The notes under the pieces are model-generated. The model ran no database searches. It was not told where the DNA came from and saw only the letters and a list, made by a program, of their open reading frames with translations. Position numbers and translations under genes: made by a program. Positions 17,472 through 20,000 of a DNA stretch of 20,000 bases are shown piece by piece. The stretch comes from an uncultured virus (IMG/VR IMGVR_UViG_3300034119_000891) (taxonomy: Duplodnaviria; Heunggongvirae; Uroviricota; Caudoviricetes): the IMG/VR virus record IMGVR_UViG_3300034119_000891; one strand, given 5' to 3'. Position 1 is the first letter of the stretch. Each line of letters starts with the position of its first letter.

Positions 17472-17735
17472 TTATTCGGGTTTTCTTTCAATATAATTCA
17501 TTCCATTTTCAATTAAATACTTGAAAAAATAGAATGCTTGTTCTTGAAATTCAGATTGTTGAGACTCATCCAACCCATCAATGTATCTAGCAAATACTGC
17601 ATAAGCAACACCTGCTACCCATAATGGTGTAATTTCATGATCCTGAATATCTGATACAGCAGGACACCAAACATTATCTTTATTAAGAACTCTATAAACC
17701 TCAAACAAAAGTTCTTTTTTATTAAAATTACTCAT
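17472..17735 (-). CDS. hypothetical protein (87 aa)
   Basis: The start overlaps the upstream stop by 8 nt (ATGAGTAA), suggesting translational coupling. Composition is helical and globular. Confidence 0.7.
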   Translation of the reverse strand: MSNFNKKELLFEVYRVLNKDNVWCPAVSDIQDHEITPLWVAGVAYAVFARYIDGLDESQQSEFQEQAFYFFKYLIENGMNYIERKPE

Positions 17736-18051
17736 TTCGTCGCTTTTTTCCTAATGTTTTAATTGAACATGCACAGTCTTCATAAAAAGAACATTTAATA
17801 CATGTATTATCATTGTTAAGATATAAATCAGGTCTTACACAAGTCCCATCAGTAATGCTTTTAACATCTTCTTTATTTTTAAAATTTATAGGAATTGGTT
17901 TATAGCTAAATTTGTATTCTTTTGCAGCATGTAAAAGATTTTCAAGTTCTACACCCTTTTGTGTAACGTATTTTTTACGTTTCTTAGGTGTGACTGTATT
18001 TTCTTCTATATCCAAACAAAATTCATCTTGGTCGATGTCTTGTTTTCGCAT
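17728..18051 (-). CDS. Cys-rich putative metal-binding protein (107 aa)
   Basis: C-terminal C-x12-C-x2-C-x5-C-x-C (CVRPDLYLNNDNTCIKCSFYEDCAC), with basic patches PKKRKK and KKRR. Confidence 0.7.
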   Translation of the reverse strand: MRKQDIDQDEFCLDIEENTVTPKKRKKYVTQKGVELENLLHAAKEYKFSYKPIPINFKNKEDVKSITDGTCVRPDLYLNNDNTCIKCSFYEDCACSIKTLGKKRRNE

Positions 18052-18062
18052 ATAATTAATAA

Positions 18063-18569
18063 TTAATCTTCGTAATCTTCTATATTATTTTTACTCTTCT
18101 TTTTATTAACTTTTTTATTATCAACAGATGAAATATAATCTAAATATTCATCATAATCTTCCAACACATCGTTTGGTGAAGGGACATTAATGTTAAAATA
18201 ATCATCTTCAGTAGGTAGAACAGTACTAAAATTATTAAACTGATCTATTGATTCAATATAAGGCTCAATAGTATTAGGTTGATCCCAACATTTTTGATAA
18301 AACTCTTTTCCTTTAGAAACCGCTTCAAAGGCAGCGTACAAATACACATTCTTCTTATCATAAAATACTGATCTATACAACGAAAAAGCTAATTCGTCAC
18401 ACAATTCTTTATATTTATCTGCCATGGAAGGAGAAATTTTTGTTAAAATAGACTTTCTGACAGATAAAGCATCTTGTTTTTTGCTGTCAAATTTTAAATT
18501 CTCCACAAAAATCCAGAAGTTTTGATAAACTTCTTTCCCGAACTTATTAATTAATTCATGTTCTTGCAT
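18063..18569 (-). CDS. hypothetical protein (168 aa), DUF4240-like
   Basis: N-terminal 'FWIFVE' and 'YLYAAFEAVSKGKEFYQKCWDQP' recall the DUF4240 pattern (FW..IE...F.YFR.W.I..G.E.Y......P). The tail is charged. The family call is tentative. Confidence 0.6.
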   Translation of the reverse strand: MQEHELINKFGKEVYQNFWIFVENLKFDSKKQDALSVRKSILTKISPSMADKYKELCDELAFSLYRSVFYDKKNVYLYAAFEAVSKGKEFYQKCWDQPNTIEPYIESIDQFNNFSTVLPTEDDYFNINVPSPNDVLEDYDEYLDYISSVDNKKVNKKKSKNNIEDYED

Positions 18570-18610
18570 TAGATCTTATCAATTTTAGTTTTTAAAGTTA
18601 TATTTATAAT

Positions 18611-18638
18611 AATTTAACATATTATACATAAAAATCAA
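18611..18638 (-). promoter_or_regulatory. putative sigma70-like promoter TTGATT-N16-TAAATT (TGn-extended), followed by a TATAAATA octamer at 18601-18608
   Basis: The minus strand reads TTGATT tttatgtataataTGt TAAATT atTATAAATA, upstream of 18063..18569. Confidence 0.45.
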
Positions 18639-19339
18639 GAATCTTTTGATTTTTTATCATTTAAAAGATCCGTAACTGCGGATTTCATGTATATACAAGG
18701 TATATCTTTCCAATAAGTTTTATCTTTATAACTCATTAAATAAAATACCTTTAATCCATTACATTTTTTGTTGGTTAAAAGTTCATACATATATGCATAA
18801 ATTGACATTTGTATGGTGTATGTGGTGAATTCACACTGTGGTAGATAGTCTATTGGTGAATAGAAATAATCATTATACTTATTATCAAAATTAAATTTCT
18901 TATTTGTTTTGAAATCCATAACATAAAAATTATTACCGTTTTCAACAATAAGATCAGCAGTTCCAGCTAATTTATGTTCATGTAAATATAAAAGCTGTTC
19001 ACTTAAAATTAATGAATTATCTTTTATAACTCCATTAGTATTTTTAATAAAAGAATTAACTAAATCTTCAAAACCTTTTGAGATAGTTTTATTTTTAATA
19101 AATTCTTCCATCACCAAATGCACGTTAGTACCTTTATTTTGTGCTTTTACTGTAATATCACTCCAACGATCTAAGATTTCTTTTTGAGAAACCCCTTCAC
19201 GTTTAGCAATTATATTACTCCATTTATCTTTATCAAATGGCTTTTTATACGATCCAATAAAAGTAGTTACTGATGTATAAATTTCACCAGTTTCAGTATT
19301 GGTATATGTGTGGGTATCGTGATCTAGAATTACAGACAT
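18635..19339 (-). CDS. PD-(D/E)XK family exonuclease (phage lambda-exo/RecB/Cas4-like superfamily)
   Basis: Motifs HTY...SVTT, GTNVH..ME, E..LY, AGTADLI, DFKT and YTIQMSIY (Q-x3-Y) are typical of phage PDDEXK_1-type nucleases. Confidence 0.88.
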   Translation of the reverse strand: MSVILDHDTHTYTNTETGEIYTSVTTFIGSYKKPFDKDKWSNIIAKREGVSQKEILDRWSDITVKAQNKGTNVHLVMEEFIKNKTISKGFEDLVNSFIKNTNGVIKDNSLILSEQLLYLHEHKLAGTADLIVENGNNFYVMDFKTNKKFNFDNKYNDYFYSPIDYLPQCEFTTYTIQMSIYAYMYELLTNKKCNGLKVFYLMSYKDKTYWKDIPCIYMKSAVTDLLNDKKSKDS

Positions 19340-19345
19340 CCGACA

Positions 19346-19373
19346 AAGTTATCAGAAATTTTAATAATGTCAA
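19346..19373 (-). promoter_or_regulatory. sigma70-like promoter TTGACA-N16-TAACTT (TGn-extended) 6 nt before the exonuclease ATG
   Basis: The minus strand reads TTGACA ttattaaaatttcTGa TAACTT tgtcgg ATG, with a perfect -35 hexamer. Confidence 0.65.
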
Positions 19374-19394
19374 ATACAATTAAAGAACTATATT

Positions 19395-20000
19395 TTATAA
19401 TGCTGTATCCCCACCCATAAACCATTCATCTGTATCTATTTTAATTAAAGTTACACCTGAATACATTCCATTAGTCTTATATTTTTGACCATTACTACTT
19501 AATGTAACACCAGTAGTTTTAGTAATCGTAGCTACTCCACCTTTTTGTATTAAAACAATTTCTGTTCCTATATTAAATGGAACATCAGAATTTAATGGTA
19601 TCGTAATTGTAATTGGATTCGTATTAATTAAAGGTATAATAGTATTAGTATTAGATAATGCTAAGGTATATGTAGTAGTGCCAGTTGTAATATTTGTTGC
19701 ACCAACACCATTTTTACTTTGTTTAAGTTTTAGTTGTCCTATATCATCAATTCCTATAGTTATATTATCATATTTAACACTCATTTTACCATCGGCATCT
19801 ATAAGAGTTCCGACACCAGATCTAACCCCACCTATTTCACTAGCTGTGCCGTTTTTTAATGTTAATTCACCAACATCAGATAAATTTAATCCTATATTTG
19901 AACTTACAGTTAATACATTTGTTACCAAATAATCAGTAGAATTTTGAGAATTATCATTTATCATATAAAATGATGATCCACCACCTCCACCAATTACACT
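19395..20000 (-). CDS. 5'-truncated phage tail fibre/virion protein, C-terminal part
   Basis: The frame is open to the window end (SVIGGGGGSSFY precedes the Met at 19964). It contains the fibre motif 'TASEIGGVRSG.G..IDADG' and a C-terminal domain 'TYTL...TITIPLNSDVPFNIGTEI...Q.G...GVTL...YSGVTLIK..TDEW...GD' common in phage fibre proteins. Confidence 0.7.
   Translation of the reverse strand, partial: SVIGGGGGSSFYMINDNSQNSTDYLVTNVLTVSSNIGLNLSDVGELTLKNGTASEIGGVRSGVGTLIDADGKMSVKYDNITIGIDDIGQLKLKQSKNGVGATNITTGTTTYTLALSNTNTIIPLINTNPITITIPLNSDVPFNIGTEIVLIQKGGVATITKTTGVTLSSNGQKYKTNGMYSGVTLIKIDTDEWFMGGDTAL

Noticed and set aside
18635..19339. Calling the nuclease Cas4 or part of a CRISPR-Cas system
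   Set aside because: It lacks the four-Cys Fe-S motif, and no other cas genes or array are in the window.
19678..19932. 84-aa plus-strand ORF
   Set aside because: Antisense to the fibre gene at 19395..20000.

Overview
Very AT-rich, densely coding window (about a quarter GC by eye, standard genetic code) that reads as part of a large tailed dsDNA phage genome, probably a T4-like or jumbo myovirus (inference; no capsid, terminase or polymerase gene is present). Positions 1-17471 and 19395-end hold a cluster of putative virion fibre, adhesin or tailspike genes. The centrepiece is two tandem paralogous giant proteins (1844 and 1807 aa). Each has N-terminal Ig/cadherin-like domains, a stalk of about 1200-1300 aa made of Trp-anchored 'NSANW' repeats nested in ~175-aa and ~50-aa super-repeats, a beta-rich fibre module and a shared C-terminal domain. 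Nearby are a 271-aa miniature relative and a 1153-aa G8-like/beta-helix protein. Positions 17472-19339 form a minus-strand block of non-structural genes: a PD-(D/E)XK exonuclease, a DUF4240-like protein, a Cys-rich protein and a hypothetical. Five genes have TAAATA exactly 5 nt before the start codon and no Shine-Dalgarno sequence, suggesting late, near-leaderless transcripts. Two non-structural genes instead have TTGA..-N16-TAA.TT sigma70-like promoters. Two intrinsic terminators are visible. No RNA genes, CRISPR arrays or mobile elements were seen. All family assignments come from motif recognition by eye, not database searches.
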